Assembly (NCBI RefSeq): GCF_035594765.1
Contig: NC_085847.1
Span: 9,238,001 to 9,302,000, forward strand
Length of the DNA: 64,000 nucleotides
DNA from: Anolis carolinensis
Lineage: Eukaryota
Direction: 5' to 3'
The stretch's first letter is position 1. Each line of letters starts with the position of its first letter. The translations under genes and the position numbers were made by a program. A model generated the notes under the pieces. That model ran no database searches and was not told where the DNA came from. It worked only from the letters and a program-made list of their open reading frames with translations. Positions 1 through 13,319 of this stretch are shown one piece after another.

Positions 1-265
1 ATTAATAATAATAAAAATAGAGTAAAATGTAATGGCAACAATAATAATTGCATAAAATAATAAATATAATAATAATAAGAATAAAATAATAAATGTAATA
101 ATATCAATAATAATAGAGAAAAATAATGAATGTAGCATATATACTCGAGTATAAGCTGACCCAAATATAAGCCAACCAGGACCCTCACCCGAGTATAAGC
201 CGAGGGGGGCTTTTTCAGTCCTAAACAGGGGCTGAAAAAATTGACTTATACTCGAGTATATACGG
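1..265. mobile_element. Non-autonomous Tc1/mariner-superfamily (Tc2-like) element, partial
   Basis: Terminus ...ttatactcgagtatatacgg+TA, shared with copies at 4473, 6343, 9616, 17184 and 61634. Confidence 0.7.
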
Positions 266-1276
266 TACAATATTGGAAGCCAGATTGTGACTCCTAATCT
301 CCGTATTTGCTGCAGTGACCTGCATTGACACTCTAGGCTTGCAAGCATTAATCCTTTCTCTCCTCCAGCCTGGAGATAGATGCGAGGATGAGCTCTTCTT
401 CCATAAAGCAGGAGTGGGAAATGGCTGACCCTATAGCTATATATATTATAATAATATAACTTTATTTTTATACCCCGCCCCATCTCCCCGGGGGGACTCG
501 GAGCGGCTTACATGGGGCCATGCCCGACAACAATACAACAGCAGCAATAAAACAATAAAACAAATATCGAGAATAAAACAAATGTCGCATCAATAAAACA
601 TCAACATCAGTAAACAGTCATAAAAGTCGGCATACAGCATAAAATGATTAAAAACGGGAAGGCTAAAAACTATAGCTGAGCCATAGGTGCCCACATTCCC
701 TTCCCATCTGTCCTTTCCAGTTACTTGGTAACTTAATGGCAACCCTTTGCGTTTCATATTGCCTTCTATGGCAAAGAATATGGCAAAGAGATGTTTTCCA
801 GTTCCGTCCTCTGAAACCTAGCCTCGTATTCAAGTACTAACCAGGATTACCTCTGCTTGGCGGCAAAGATTGGATGGGATCTGTTCCCTTTAATTTTTTT
901 TCAGCCATGATTTCCCTCCCACCCATTCTGGGGAAAAATTGAAACGCCCCTCCCAAGCGGAATTATTGGCATTGTGATCCCACGCTTTTTCCACCTGGGA
1001 AATGCATCCTCCTCTTCCCCCGTTTTGTCGAATTGGATTCAGCCCAGAGTCCAAAGAGCCGGAAGGTGCACATGTTTCTCTCTGGGCGACAGTCTTCCAC
1101 AAAATCTAAGTTTAATGCTCATTGGTGATATTACAGAAGTCATTTCTTTCCTGGGTAACAGCAGCCTCTTGTCCCGTTGACAAAATCCTCGAGGGCAGCT
1201 CTTTGTGCCCATGTTGTCGGATGTTGATGACACTATTAATTCTATCATCGTGAACCATACAATGGAAATCTTAATA

Positions 1277-1581
1277 CAGTAGAGTCTAACTTATCCAAGC
1301 TAAACGGGCTGGCAGAACCTTGGATAAGTGAATATCTTGGATAATAAGGAATTAAGGAAAAGCCTATTAAACATCAAATTAGGTTATGATTTTACGAATT
1401 AAGCATCAAAACATCATGTTATACAACAAATTGGACAGAAAAAGTAGTTCAATACGCAGTAATGTTATGTTGTAATTACCGTATTTATGAATTTAGCACC
1501 AAAATATCATGATATATTGAAAACATTGACTACAAAAATGCCTTGGATAATCCAGAACCTTGGATAAGTGAGACTCTACTG
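1277..1581. mobile_element. Tc1/mariner (pogo/Tigger-like) MITE, about 300 bp
   Basis: TIRs CAGTAGAGTCT.ACTTATCCAA / TTGGATAAGTGAGACTCTACTG with TA flanks. Confidence 0.85.
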
Positions 1582-3246
1582 TATTTATTTAGCCCTTTTT
1601 CATATTTGTATTGTTATTGTCCCTTTTCTTTAGCTCCCTCCCCACTAGCAAAGGAGGTGGTTTTGTGTTCTTGTCAGGAGCCTTCTGATAGGATCCTCTC
1701 CTTTTCTTGGCCAAAACCCAAAGTCACCCAGTAGATTTCCGAGCCAAAGCAGGGATTCGAACCCTGGTTGATTGCAAATCCTAGTCTAGCATTTAAACCA
1801 CTACAACTCAAACTCACTGAGTCTTTTTGCAAGATAGTGTTACGACACATAACTTATAACCAAAAAAAAAAAGGTTCATTTCCTAGAATGGTTGCAAGAG
1901 CCTAGTTTTCCACACATACAGGCAGGGCTGACCAGAAACAACTTTTAAAATACCCTTTTGTACTAACCCTGTGAAGCTGGGAAGGGTGCGGAAGGCAAGC
2001 AGCCCCGAGCAGAGAGCACCGATTGAAACGCTGCAAGCCTCGTCTGGATTCCTTGCCCTTCTTGTTTTCGGATGTCACCCCCGTTTTGTTTTCGAACGAG
2101 GGATGAGCCTAGTTGGAGGGCAGGGGAGGTTAGGCATTGTGCTTCCGCAAAGCAGGGAAGATGGGGCTGCTCCTCAGCCTTTGTGTGGGAGGCTATGGGA
2201 TGGGGAGTGCTGTGCCTGGGAGCCTTGGCACTCTCCGTTTTCCAGCCCAAGTGATGCTGCAGCTCAAGGCTTGGTGCAGCCCTAATGATTTCTGCTGGGG
2301 GCTCTTTGCAGCCTCTGGGCCAGGCTTTTCCCATTGTGCTCAGAACACGCCAAGCAGACAGTGGTGGGCGCAAACCCCCTTTCTTTCAGACCGTTCCTTT
2401 CCCCGTTACCTTTGACGTTGCACGTACCCAAACCCGGGGGTGATGTTTGCCCCTTGAAAAATGTCAAGCTGCCGATCTCTTTGTCCTGCTTGGTCTGCTT
2501 ACGGCGGGCGGTGTGAGCGTCTCCATTTTGCCTGATTAATTTCCGCAGCTTGAATCACATCCGCGCCTCCGCCATCCGGTCCGTCCGGAGAAAACGCACG
2601 GCAATCCTGGGAGCGTTTTGCTCCGGAGTCAAACCCCACTCTGTTCAGCGGGCTTCCTCTCAGGCAAATGTGCGGAAAGAGGACAAGGTTTCCCCGCAGT
2701 GCAAATCCTCCGTGCGTTTCATCCCCTTCCCTGATGGCTACCTACTCAAAATGGGGACTGTATGTTCATCTCCATGGCCCTGAATAATGCAGCGGGAGAG
2801 GAACAGTCTTTGGAGTCTAAGGTTGGATGGCTTTTGCGAGTGGGGTCCTTTCCAACTCTGCCGTTGTATGATTCTGTGGTTGCTGTCATTGTTGACGTCG
2901 GAGGATTCCTGGCTTCCCTCTTGCGGAACGCAGATCCCTAGACTAGCTGGGCTTTTTTTCAGTCTTGGTCTTATTCAGAGCCATCCTCCATCAGTTGCAT
3001 GAGCATCTACACTCATGTTTGTCTCCGGCACATGAGCTCTCCCTATCTTGTCTAAACACATTTGCAGCATATTCACATTTGAGAAAATTGTTGACGCTGA
3101 TGCGCATTTAATTATACTCCTGTGCCTTGGATCTTAACTCTCTGGATCTTGCAGCTTGTACTGCAGCAAAACCACTTCGAGACTGTAAACACCAATCGCC
3201 GCCATGCTTTGTTCCATGGTTGGAGGATTTTACTTATTTACATATA

Positions 3247-4013
3247 CAGTAGAGTCTCGCTTATCCAACGTTCTGTATTATCCAGCGCAGTTTGCCTTTT
3301 AGTAGTCAATGTTTTTGTATTCAATTTTTCAATACATTGCGAAATTTTGGTGCTAAATTCATAAATACAGTAATTATTATTTATTTATTATTTATTTGCA
3401 ACATTTATATCCCACCCTTCTCACCCTGAAGGGGACTCAGGGCGGTTTACATGTATATATACATACAGTATATTATATTATACGACTATATTGCAATATT
3501 ATTAGTAATATTTCATGTAATATAAATATACAATTATAATAGTGAATTATAATTTATTACTACATTGTATTACATCATAATATTATTATTAATATTACAT
3601 GTACAGTAGAGTCTCACTTATCCAACACTCATTTATCCAACGTTCTGGATTATCCAACGCATTTTTGTAGTCAATGCTTTCAATACATCGTGATATTTTG
3701 GTGCTAAATTTGTAAATACAGAAATTACTACATAGCATTACTGCATATTGAACTACTTTTTCTGTCAAATGTGTTGTATAACATGATGTTTTGGTGCGTA
3801 ATTAACCTAATTTGATGTTTAATAGGCTTTTCCTTAATCCCTCCTTATTATCCAAGATATTCGCTTATCCAAGGTTCTGCCGGCCCGTTTATGTTGGATA
3901 AGTGAGACTCTACTGTATATACAATATATTATATATTATTATATATTATTACATAACGTTATCATGTACTGAACTACTTTTTCTATCCGTTTGTTGTAAG
4001 TAAGACTCTACTG
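3247..4013. mobile_element. Nested MITE: outer Tigger-like MITE containing an AT-rich L2-tail element, which contains a second MITE (3604-3915)
   Basis: Two pairs of the same TIRs; L2-like tail at about 3400-3450. Confidence 0.75.
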
Positions 4014-4216
4014 TATGTAAACATTCATTTTGCTCCTGATTAAATTCAGTCTAGCTTTTAGGGATGTGGTGAGTTTATAGTATATTAATTTAAAGTCTCG
4101 CCCATAGTTGAAACGTGATGTCTCTGCCAAATTCCCCTCGTGTAGAACGAAAGGGTTTCGGGACGTATGAACTCCTGCCGCCAGGTATCGGAACCTTTTG
4201 TGTCCCTTTGCTTTAG

Positions 4217-5099
4217 GAGAACATATTTGCCTGTCAATCGAAAATCTATACCTACATGAGCCCTAACAAACCTCCCGTGACTCGACCTCCGCTTCAAGAG
4301 GAAAACTGTGCGACGCATCATGAAGCAAAATGCCAGGGCAAAATGATGAATGACGCTCGCAGAAAAGGAGACGGTAAGACGGAGCATCAGTGGTCTGCCT
4401 AGATTGATAGGAGTGGGCTGTAAACATGCACCAATGTTGTATGATCTGTTGTGGGAGGAGGAGAAATTATTACCGTATATACTCGAGTATAAGCCGAGTT
4501 TTTCAGCCCCTTTTTAAGGACTGAAAAAGCCCCCCTTGGCTTATAACTGGTTGGCTGATATTCGGGTCAGCATACACTCAAGTATATATGCTACATTTAC
4601 TATTTTTCTCTATTATTATTGACATTATTACATTTATTATTTTACTCTATTTGTTATTATATTTATCATTTTACTCTATTATAATTGTTACTATTCCATT
4701 GATTTTACTCTATTTTTATTATTATTAATACATTTATTTCTTCACTCTGATATTATTGTTACTGCATTTATTATTTTACTCTATTATTACATTTCTTGTT
4801 TTACTCTATTATTATTAAAAGGATACATAAGCATATTTACATTGAAGAAGATGAGAACAATGATTTAATCAGAGTTGGACAGTCTTATCTTAAATTACCG
4901 TTTTATTTATTTATTATTTATTTATTAGCGACATTTATATCCCGCCCTTCTCACCCCGAAGGGGACTCAGGGCGGTTTACAAGTATATATACATACAATA
5001 TATTATATTATACGACTGTGTGATGTACTTTCGGATGATGCGCGCAGATCCCAGTAGGGTGGCCTTTTGCAGTTGGCAGATCGTAATTTTGCCAATGTC

Positions 5100-5138
<39 letters not shown>

Positions 5139-5541
5139 AGTAGAGTCTCACTTATCCAACGTTCTGGATTATCCAACGCATTTTTGTAGTCAATGCTTTC
5201 AATATATCGTGATATTTTGGTGCTAAATTCATAAATACAGTAATTACTACATAGCATTACTGTGTATTGAACTACTTTTTCTGCCAAATTTGTTGTCTAA
5301 CATGATGTTTTGGTGCTTCATTTGTGAAATCATAACCTAATTTGATTTTTAATAGGCTTATCCTTAATGCCTCCTTATTATCCAACATATTCGCTTATCC
5401 AACATTCTGCCGGCCTGTTTATGTTGGATAAGTGAGACTCTACTGTATATTATACGACTGTGTGATGTACTTTCGGATGATGCGCGCAGATCCCAGTAAG
5501 TTGGCCTTTTGCAGTTGGCAGATCGTAATTTTGTCAATGTC

Positions 5542-5577
<36 letters not shown>

Positions 5578-8500
5578 CATTATACTTACCTGCCTCTCCT
5601 TGTGGCTCGAGGCAGGTCACAACATAGCTAAAACACATTATTATATAAAATACACATATTAACAGGTCTTTCTGCAAAATACAGATATTAAAATATGCAG
5701 AACAGATACTACAGTGCAGTCAACACAAGACACAAGTTTCAAATTCATGATGATATAGAAAAGATAGGTCTTTGCAGTGGGAGTTTTGCTGTTTTGGTGG
5801 GAGCAAAACGACAACCCTTTACATTGGATTCCCTTTCTTTCTCCCACCCGACTCCTATCATTTGCAGGTAGACGAAACATTGGTCGTGCCGTTGTGAAAT
5901 TCAAGTGTCCGGAAGTGGAGAGCAGCCATGAATCCCAGCCGTCTTCCTCCAAGCAAAAGCCAGAAACCGAAGAAGCTCCGCCGCTTCTGTCCTCCAAGTC
6001 CGCCGATGCTGTGAATGAGACACAAACTCCGAAAAAGGGAACCAAGGCAAAGCCTAGCCCCAGAAGAAAGTAAGTGCCTGTACAGAACTCCATGACATCC
6101 CATTGACGGCATAGCCATGGAACTGCTGGGATTTGGGGAAATGCTGGGTTGCAACAAAGTCAGATCCCCTTTTGCGTTGACATGGCGTGTTCTGTCTTTC
6201 TCAGAGTCCAAGGGAAAACGCAACAGAACCGAAAGGTTACAGACTATTATCCTGTTAGAAGAAGCTCCCGGAAGAGCAAAAAGGAGTTGCAGGTACTATA
6301 GCATCTCTTGATAACCTTACAACCTCTGTACTTTTTAATATACTGTATATACTTATTTATTTATTTATTTGCAGCATTTATATTCCGCCCTTCTTTCCCA
6401 CCCCGAAGGGGACTCAGGGCGGATCACATTACACATATAGGCAGACATTCAATGCCTTTTAACATAGGACAAAGACAAGACAAACACAGGCTCCGAGCAG
6501 GCCTCGAACTCATGACCTCCTGGTCAGAGTGATTCATTGCAGCTGGTTGCAGCTGGCTTGCTCTCCAGCCTGCGCCACAGCCCAGGCTGTGTATAAGCCT
6601 AGTTTTTCAGCCCTTTTTTAGGACTGAAAAAACACCCTCCTTGGCTTATACTCAGGTGAGGGTCCTGGTGGGCTTATATTCAGATCGGCTTATACTCAAG
6701 TATATATTTATTATTTTTCTTTATTGTTATTGGTATTTTTTAAAATAAATTTTTATTAAATATATTTATACAAGAAAATAAGTTGCAACAATTAGTGTCA
6801 CTGAAGGAAAGGAAACTGTCGTGGAAATGGGTGAAACAACGAAAACCATAACAGCTGGTTTGTAACATAGACGTGTATGTGACAGAACACAAGAAAACAA
6901 AGACAGAAAAAATAGCATAAAAAAGATAGTCATAAAAGAGGAAGAAAAAAATGATATTGTTACATTTATTATTTTACTCTCTTAATTATTATTATTACAT
7001 TTATTATTTTACCCTATTGTTGTTGTTAGTTTTACATTTATTTTACTCTATTTTTATTATTAATACATTTATTATTTTACTCTATTTATTATTACATTTA
7101 TTATTTTACTGCATTTACTATTATTATTACATTTATTATTTCACTCTATTATCATTAAAAGGATACATAAGCACATTGACATTGAAGAAGATGAAAATAA
7201 TGATTTCATCAGATTTGAACAGTCATATTTTAAATTACAGTTTGATGTAAAGATTCAAAAACATTTAAACTACTGATGCCTCAATTAATGTAATTTTATT
7301 GGTATCACGGCTTATACTGGAATCAATGTTTTCCCAGTTTTTTGTGGTAAAATTAGGTGCCTCGGCTTATATTTGGGTCGGCTTATACTCAAGTATATAC
7401 GGTAATTTTATTGGTATCTCGGCTTATACTGGAGTCAATGTTTTCCCAGTTTTTCGTGGTAAAATTAGGTGCCTCAGCTTATATTTGGGTCGGCTTATAC
7501 TCAAGTATATACGGTAGTTATATATATATATATTTAAGAGTGGATTTTCCACCAAGAAGCCATTCAAACTCCATTGCAGCAGACTGAGTGGAAATTGCAG
7601 CTTTATGTTTGTTCATTTTTTAATAGTGCTGCTATTGACTACCTGTTCATGTTTCCATCTCTCTTAATAGATTGAAGAGAAGAAGAAGATTGACGAGTTA
7701 ATAGAAAGTGGGAAAGAAGACGGCATGAAGGTAGGATTTTAAAAAATATATTTTTTTATTAAGGGTTTTAAGTGTCTGTTGGAGGCAAGTGTGAATGTTA
7801 CCATTGGCCAGCTTGAGTAACGTCGAGTGGTCGTGCAGCTTCAAAGCCTGGCTGCTTCCTACCTGGGGGAATCCTTTGTTGGGAGGTGTTAGCTGGCCCT
7901 AATGGTTTCCTGTCTGGAATTCCAGACAGTATCAGGACAGTAAATAAAGAACAACACTCTGAAAGTGTTCTACTTTTGAGGGTTTCAGAAGAACAGCTTA
8001 GCGCATTAACAGGACGTTGTACTTTTTATTTTCTCCGCAGATCGACTTCATTGATGGCAAAGGGCGAGGTGTGATTGCAACAAAGCCGTTTCATCGGGGC
8101 GATTTTGTGGTTGAATATCATGGGGATCTCATTGAGATCACGGACGCTAAGAAACGAGAAGCTACTTATGCCCAAGACCCCTCGACAGGCTGCTACATGT
8201 ACTACTTTCAATACCTAACTAAAACATACTGGTAAGCTTATATTTTGCATCCACAACTGTCACTTTGTATTCAGTAGTGCTGTGCTTGTAAACATCCTTC
8301 ATACGGAGTTCCGTAGATACGAAAAGCAGTCAATACTTCTCTCTAAAGCACATTTTTTGTGCCTAGGTGTGTAGTGTGATGTGAAATAAGCAATAAATCA
8401 TGTATTTTCAAAAATATACGTGAAAGGCTTTCATGAGCTACATTGGGTCCCCATATATTTTGTTATCACAATTTATGAATAATAATAATAACAACAACAA

Positions 8501-8757
8501 TAATGGCAGAAACCAGTGCAGGTGGTCCCAGTGGTGATGGGCACACTGGGTGCCGTGCCAAAAGATCTCAGCCGGCATTTGGAAACAATAGACATTGACA
8601 AAATTACGATCTGCCAACTGCAAAAGGCCACCCTACTGGGATCTGCACGCATCATCCGAAAATACATCACACAGTCCTAAACACTTGGGAAGTGTCCGAC
8701 TTGTGATTTTGTGATACGAAATCCAGCATATCTGTCTTGTTTGCTGTGACATAATAA

Positions 8758-8816
<59 letters not shown>

Positions 8817-9088
8817 ATCACACAGTCCTAGACACTTGGGAAGTGTTCGACTGGTGATTTTGTGATATGAAATCCAGCATATCTATCTTGTTTGCTGTGT
8901 CAGACTATGTCGTTGTGTCAATAATAATAATAATAATAATACAGCTGCAAAAGGCCACCCTGCTGGGATCTGCGCGCATCATCCGAAAATACATCACACA
9001 GTCCTAGACACTTGGGAAGTGTTCGACTTGTGATTTTGTGATATGAAATCCAGCATATCTATCTTGTTTGCTGTGTCATAATAATAAT

Positions 9089-9142
<54 letters not shown>

Positions 9143-11398
9143 TAATAATAATAATAATGTAATAATAATAATATATTTTGTTACTCACGTCTCATAATGG
9201 CTCGAGGCGGGGATGTATCTGTATCTCTTAGCCTCTGATTTGCTAGTAAAACTGAATTAATGTGTCGAGAAATGACGCAGGTCTAAAAAAGTGTGTCACC
9301 CACATGAAATGTTTGGGTAGCTCGGCTTTAAAGGACTCTTCACTTATTAAGTAGCATTCCTTAACTGCCAAAGTCCACCAGCGTTGCAGGAGAAGTTGTT
9401 CACCCAGCTGTAAACTCTGCTCTGGACTGATACTTATTTTTTATTATACACAGTCCTAGCTTTGCTACCCAGCAATGCCTGGGTTAGCGATTTTGTAATG
9501 ATAATTATTAGAAGTAGTCATTGTTTGTTTTGGATTTTATGAATGGTCCCATTTGAAAATGACAGAGGAAATAATGTTTTGGTTGGCTTGTCTTCTGCAC
9601 TTCCTTTTAACTACCCGTATATACTCGAGTGTAAGCCGAGGCACCTAATTTTACCACAAAAAAACTGGGAAAACATTGACTCCAGTATAAGCTGAGGGTT
9701 GTAAATTTCAGAAACCAATAAAATTACATTAATTGAGGCATCAGTAGGTTAAATGTTTTTGAATATTTACATAAACCTCAAATTTGAGATAAGATTGTCC
9801 AACTCTGATCCAATCATTATTCTCATCTTCTTCAATGTAAATGTGCTTATGTATCCTTTTAATAATAATAGAGTAAAATAATACATGTAATAATAATAAC
9901 AAATACAGGAAATAATACATGTAATAATAGAGTAAAATAATAAATGCAATACAGTAGAGTCTCACTTATCCAACATTCGCTTAGCCAACGTTCTAGATTA
10001 TCCAACGCATTTTTGTAGTCAATGTTTTCAATACATCGTGATATTTTGGTGCTAAATTCGTAAATACAGTAATTGCAACATAACATTACTGCGTATTGAA
10101 CTACTTTTTCTGTCAAATTTGTTGTATAACATGGTGCTTAATTTGTAAAATCATAACCTAATTTGATGTTTAATAGGTTTCTCTTTAATTCTCCAACATA
10201 TTTGCTTATCCAACGTTCTGCCGGCCCGTTTATGTTGCATAAGTGAGACTCTACTGTAATAGTAATACAGTAGAGTCTCACTTATCCAACACTTGCTTAT
10301 CCAACATTCTGGATTATCCAACGCATTTTTGTAGTCAATGTTTTCAATATATCGTGATATTTTGGTGCTAAATTCGTAAATACAGTAATTACAACATAAC
10401 ATTACTGCATATTGAACTACTTTTTCTGTTAAATTTGTTGTATAACATGATGTTTTGGTGCTTAATTTGTAAAATCACAACCTAATTTGATGCTTAATAG
10501 GCCTTTCCTTAATCTCTCCTTATTCTCCAACATTTTCACTTATCCAACGTTCTGCTGGCCTGTTTATGTTGGATAAGTGAGACTCTACTGTAATAAGATC
10601 AGAGTGAAATAATAAATGTATTAATAATAATAAAAATAGAGTAAAATAAATGTAATAGTAGCGACAATAATAGAGAAAAAAATAAATGTAATACAGTAGA
10701 TTCTCACTTTGTATTTACGAATTTAGCACCAAAATATCACGATGTATTGAAAACATTGATTACAAAAATGCGTTGGATAATCCAGAACACTGGATAAGCG
10801 AATGTTGGATAAGTGAGACTCTACTGTAATACCAATAATAATATTAAAATAGTAAATGTACCATATATTCTCGAGTATAAGCTGACCTAAATCTAAGCCA
10901 ACCAGGACCCTCACTCCAGTATAAGCCGAGGGGGGCTTTTTCAGTCTTAAAAAAAGGGCTGAAAAACTAGGCTTATACTCGAATATATACAGTAAACTGT
11001 TTATAGATTTTGTTTATGATGTTATTTTATTATGTTTGCTATGTTCCATTTGTTGTTTGATGTTTCTGACAATTGACTGTTTTTGAACACATGTTGGAAA
11101 CCGCCCTGAGTCCTTTTGAGGCGATAGAGTGGTATATAAATAAAGTCGTATTGTTATATTATATTCTTATTCCCCCTCCCCATCCAGTGTGGACGCCACA
11201 AAAGAAACCAATCGTCTTGGGAGGCTGATCAATCACAGCAAATGTGGCAACTGTCAGACAAAACTCCACGACATCAACGGCGTCCCGCACCTCATCTTGG
11301 TTGCCTCCCGCGACATCAAAGCGGGCGAAGAACTCTTGTACGATTACGGAGATCGGAGCAAAGCGTCTCTGGAAGCGCACCCGTGGCTGAAACACTAG
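4217..11398 (+). CDS. KMT5A: Histone H4K20 monomethyltransferase KMT5A (SETD8/PR-Set7), 5'-partial; exons 4217-4373, 5868-6069, 6205-6292, 7671-7730, 8041-8231, 11188-11398
   Basis: GT-AG exons with consistent phases. Translation includes ENIFACQSKIYTYMSPNK, the PIP degron NRKVTDYYPVRR, and SET motifs GKGRGVIATKPF, RLINHSKCGN and ELLYDYGD, ending HPWLKH*. The first coding exons lie upstream of the window. Confidence 0.96.
5138..5445. mobile_element. Tigger-like MITE flanked by duplicated R4 fragments
   Basis: TIR pair; flanks 5003-5137 and 5446-5582 are near-identical. Confidence 0.8.
6343..7514. mobile_element. Tc2-like non-autonomous DNA transposon with an inserted tRNA-SINE (about 6355-6588, - strand) and a duplicated right end
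   Basis: Termini CTGTATATACT / AGTATATACGG. SINE has A box TGGCGCAGGCTGG and B box GTTCGAGGCC on the minus strand. Confidence 0.7.
7790..7962. mobile_element. Penelope-like LTR fragments
   Basis: Reverse complement of gggccagctaacacctcccaacaaa, plus caggacagtaaataaag; both shared with the 20.3 kb and 54.3 kb copies. Confidence 0.65.
8504..9080 (+). mobile_element. Three tandem 5'-truncated R4/Dong-like non-LTR 3' ends within (TAA)n
   Basis: Same sequence as the ORF end (QLQKATLLGS..IIRKYITQS*) and 3'UTR at 19.5-19.9 kb; copies separated by (TAA)n. Confidence 0.8.
9616..10992. mobile_element. Tc2-like element containing three Tigger-like MITEs (9952-10256, 10268-10590, 10694-10826)
   Basis: Outer termini CCGTATATACTCGAG / CTCGAATATATACAG; inner TIR pairs. 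Confidence 0.75.
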
Positions 11399-13319
11399 CC
11401 GTTCTTCCCCTCTCGATGGGACTTCTTTTTCTTGAAAGCGGACTCGATAGCCTTGTTTACAACTCTCGTGGTAAATCACTTCCAAATGTCTGCGCCTTCC
11501 TGATGATTTCAAGCGCCTGTTGCAGGCTCGCATGTCTTTCCTTGAGCAGACCGAGAACCCGATTCCCGAACGTTGCTGTTTGGTAGGTTGGCCTGGACTC
11601 CCGGCCCTTCTGTCCCTTGGCATAGAGAGAGGTGGGTTTGTTAGGGCTTCCTGATGATGTCCGTTTGGGGATTTTGCGGGAGAGAGTGTGGGCCACACTT
11701 TGGCTCCTTTGAGGAGCGGAGGGTGGAAATAATAACGCAAATGGTTCTGGAAAGGGTGGGCGTTAAACATCTCAATGCATTCTGTAAATATTGAGCTGGG
11801 AGGTGCTTGCTTCCAGAGCTTGGGATTATTTTTCTGGACTGCAGATCCCAGAATCTCCTGGCTCGCATGCCTAGATTGTTGGGGTTTCTGGGAGGCGTAG
11901 TCAGAATCACATTCTGCTGGCTTCCATCGGGCTCTGGGGTATTTGGAACCTTTCTGGTCTTTGTTCGGATCATCAGAATTTGCATTTGGACGTTTGGGCT
12001 TACTATTCCGTGTGCATCAAATCCTTTAAAAGGCTGGAAATGGGTCACTTCAAAGGTTGTATTGGGTCAAAAGCTATCTGGTTGGCCTGATTTCTGCACT
12101 TCTTCCCTTGAATCTGGGACCAGTGAGCTGAAATTGGCCCCAAATTTTGTGGAATAAAGTTGCCCTAAAGCTCTAGGCCATAATGGGAAGAGGGATTGTT
12201 GAGCGTTGAGACTCTTCTGCCTATAATCCCCGTGCTTCCACCATTGTGTGATGTTAGACCCATAAGAACATCCTCCGAAATACAGACCCCAATAAACGTG
12301 CCGGGTTTGAGGGATGGATAATCAGCACAACATTTGGTGTGATTTCAGCTTGGGATTCTTCCTTTGGGGGACTACAGCTCCCCAAATCCCCCAAGCTCCT
12401 CCAGTGTTGCTTTCTTCTGGCAACTGCTTCCTTGGATGGAGCTTGCTTTGTCTTGTGTGTGTGTGCTTCCATCCTTTTTTTATAAAAAAAAAAAATGAGA
12501 ATCTGAGATGTGAATTCTGCTATTGAAGTGGCTGGATATTTTTTACAAACGATAAATGGCATTTGATCTGTCTCGAAATGTTAAGCTGGAACGTCGGAAC
12601 GGTGCTTTTGTGGATTTTTCTTCCTGCTCGCCAATGGAAAAGAGGGCAACGGGTGGGGCGGATAACGTGGAGTAAAAACACACAGGGCTTGGGAAGAATA
12701 AGGCGCTTTTTATAGAACCGGCGGCCGCCTTCGGAGGTGGCGCTTGTACATAGGGTATTTTTTAGAAACAAAATTTTTAGGAGAAAACCAAGATTATTTA
12801 TTTACTCTGGCGGACGGAGCCACGCTGCAGGATTCGTAACCTCCTCCCGCGCATGAGTAGAATTGAGATGCGTCTTGCCTGAGAAAACAGGACTTTGTCT
12901 CCGTCATCTTCCCTAAAAGTCTTCCCCAAGTAAGGTCATCGTTTTCCATTGAAGGCCTTGCTTTTAATCCATAGCAGATGAAGGGAATCCAGAATAAGAG
13001 CAGTGGCTTGAGTCCTTGCTTCGGATTGTTTTTTCCCCCCAAAGATCAGAGATTGGAAATGTTCCTTCTTTGGACTACAACTCCCAGGATGCTCACGAGT
13101 GGGATTCTGGGACTTGTAGTCCAACAAAGGGATGTGGGTGACTGCTCAAGGTCACTTTTCTACCTAAGGTTTGGAGATTTTTTCCAAAGGTTCGGAGTCT
13201 TCCTGGGTGCATGCTTGAGCAGCAATGTGGGCAAAGCAAGCGGGATACAGGGACAGAACTCAGTAATGTATTTTTCAAAGAAAAATAAACCTTGAAGAGA
13301 GCATTTCTGTGTACAAGAT

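Noticed and set aside
8438-9188. Poly-Y/L/I ORFs
   Set aside because: Translations of (TAA)n microsatellites and antisense R4 fragments.
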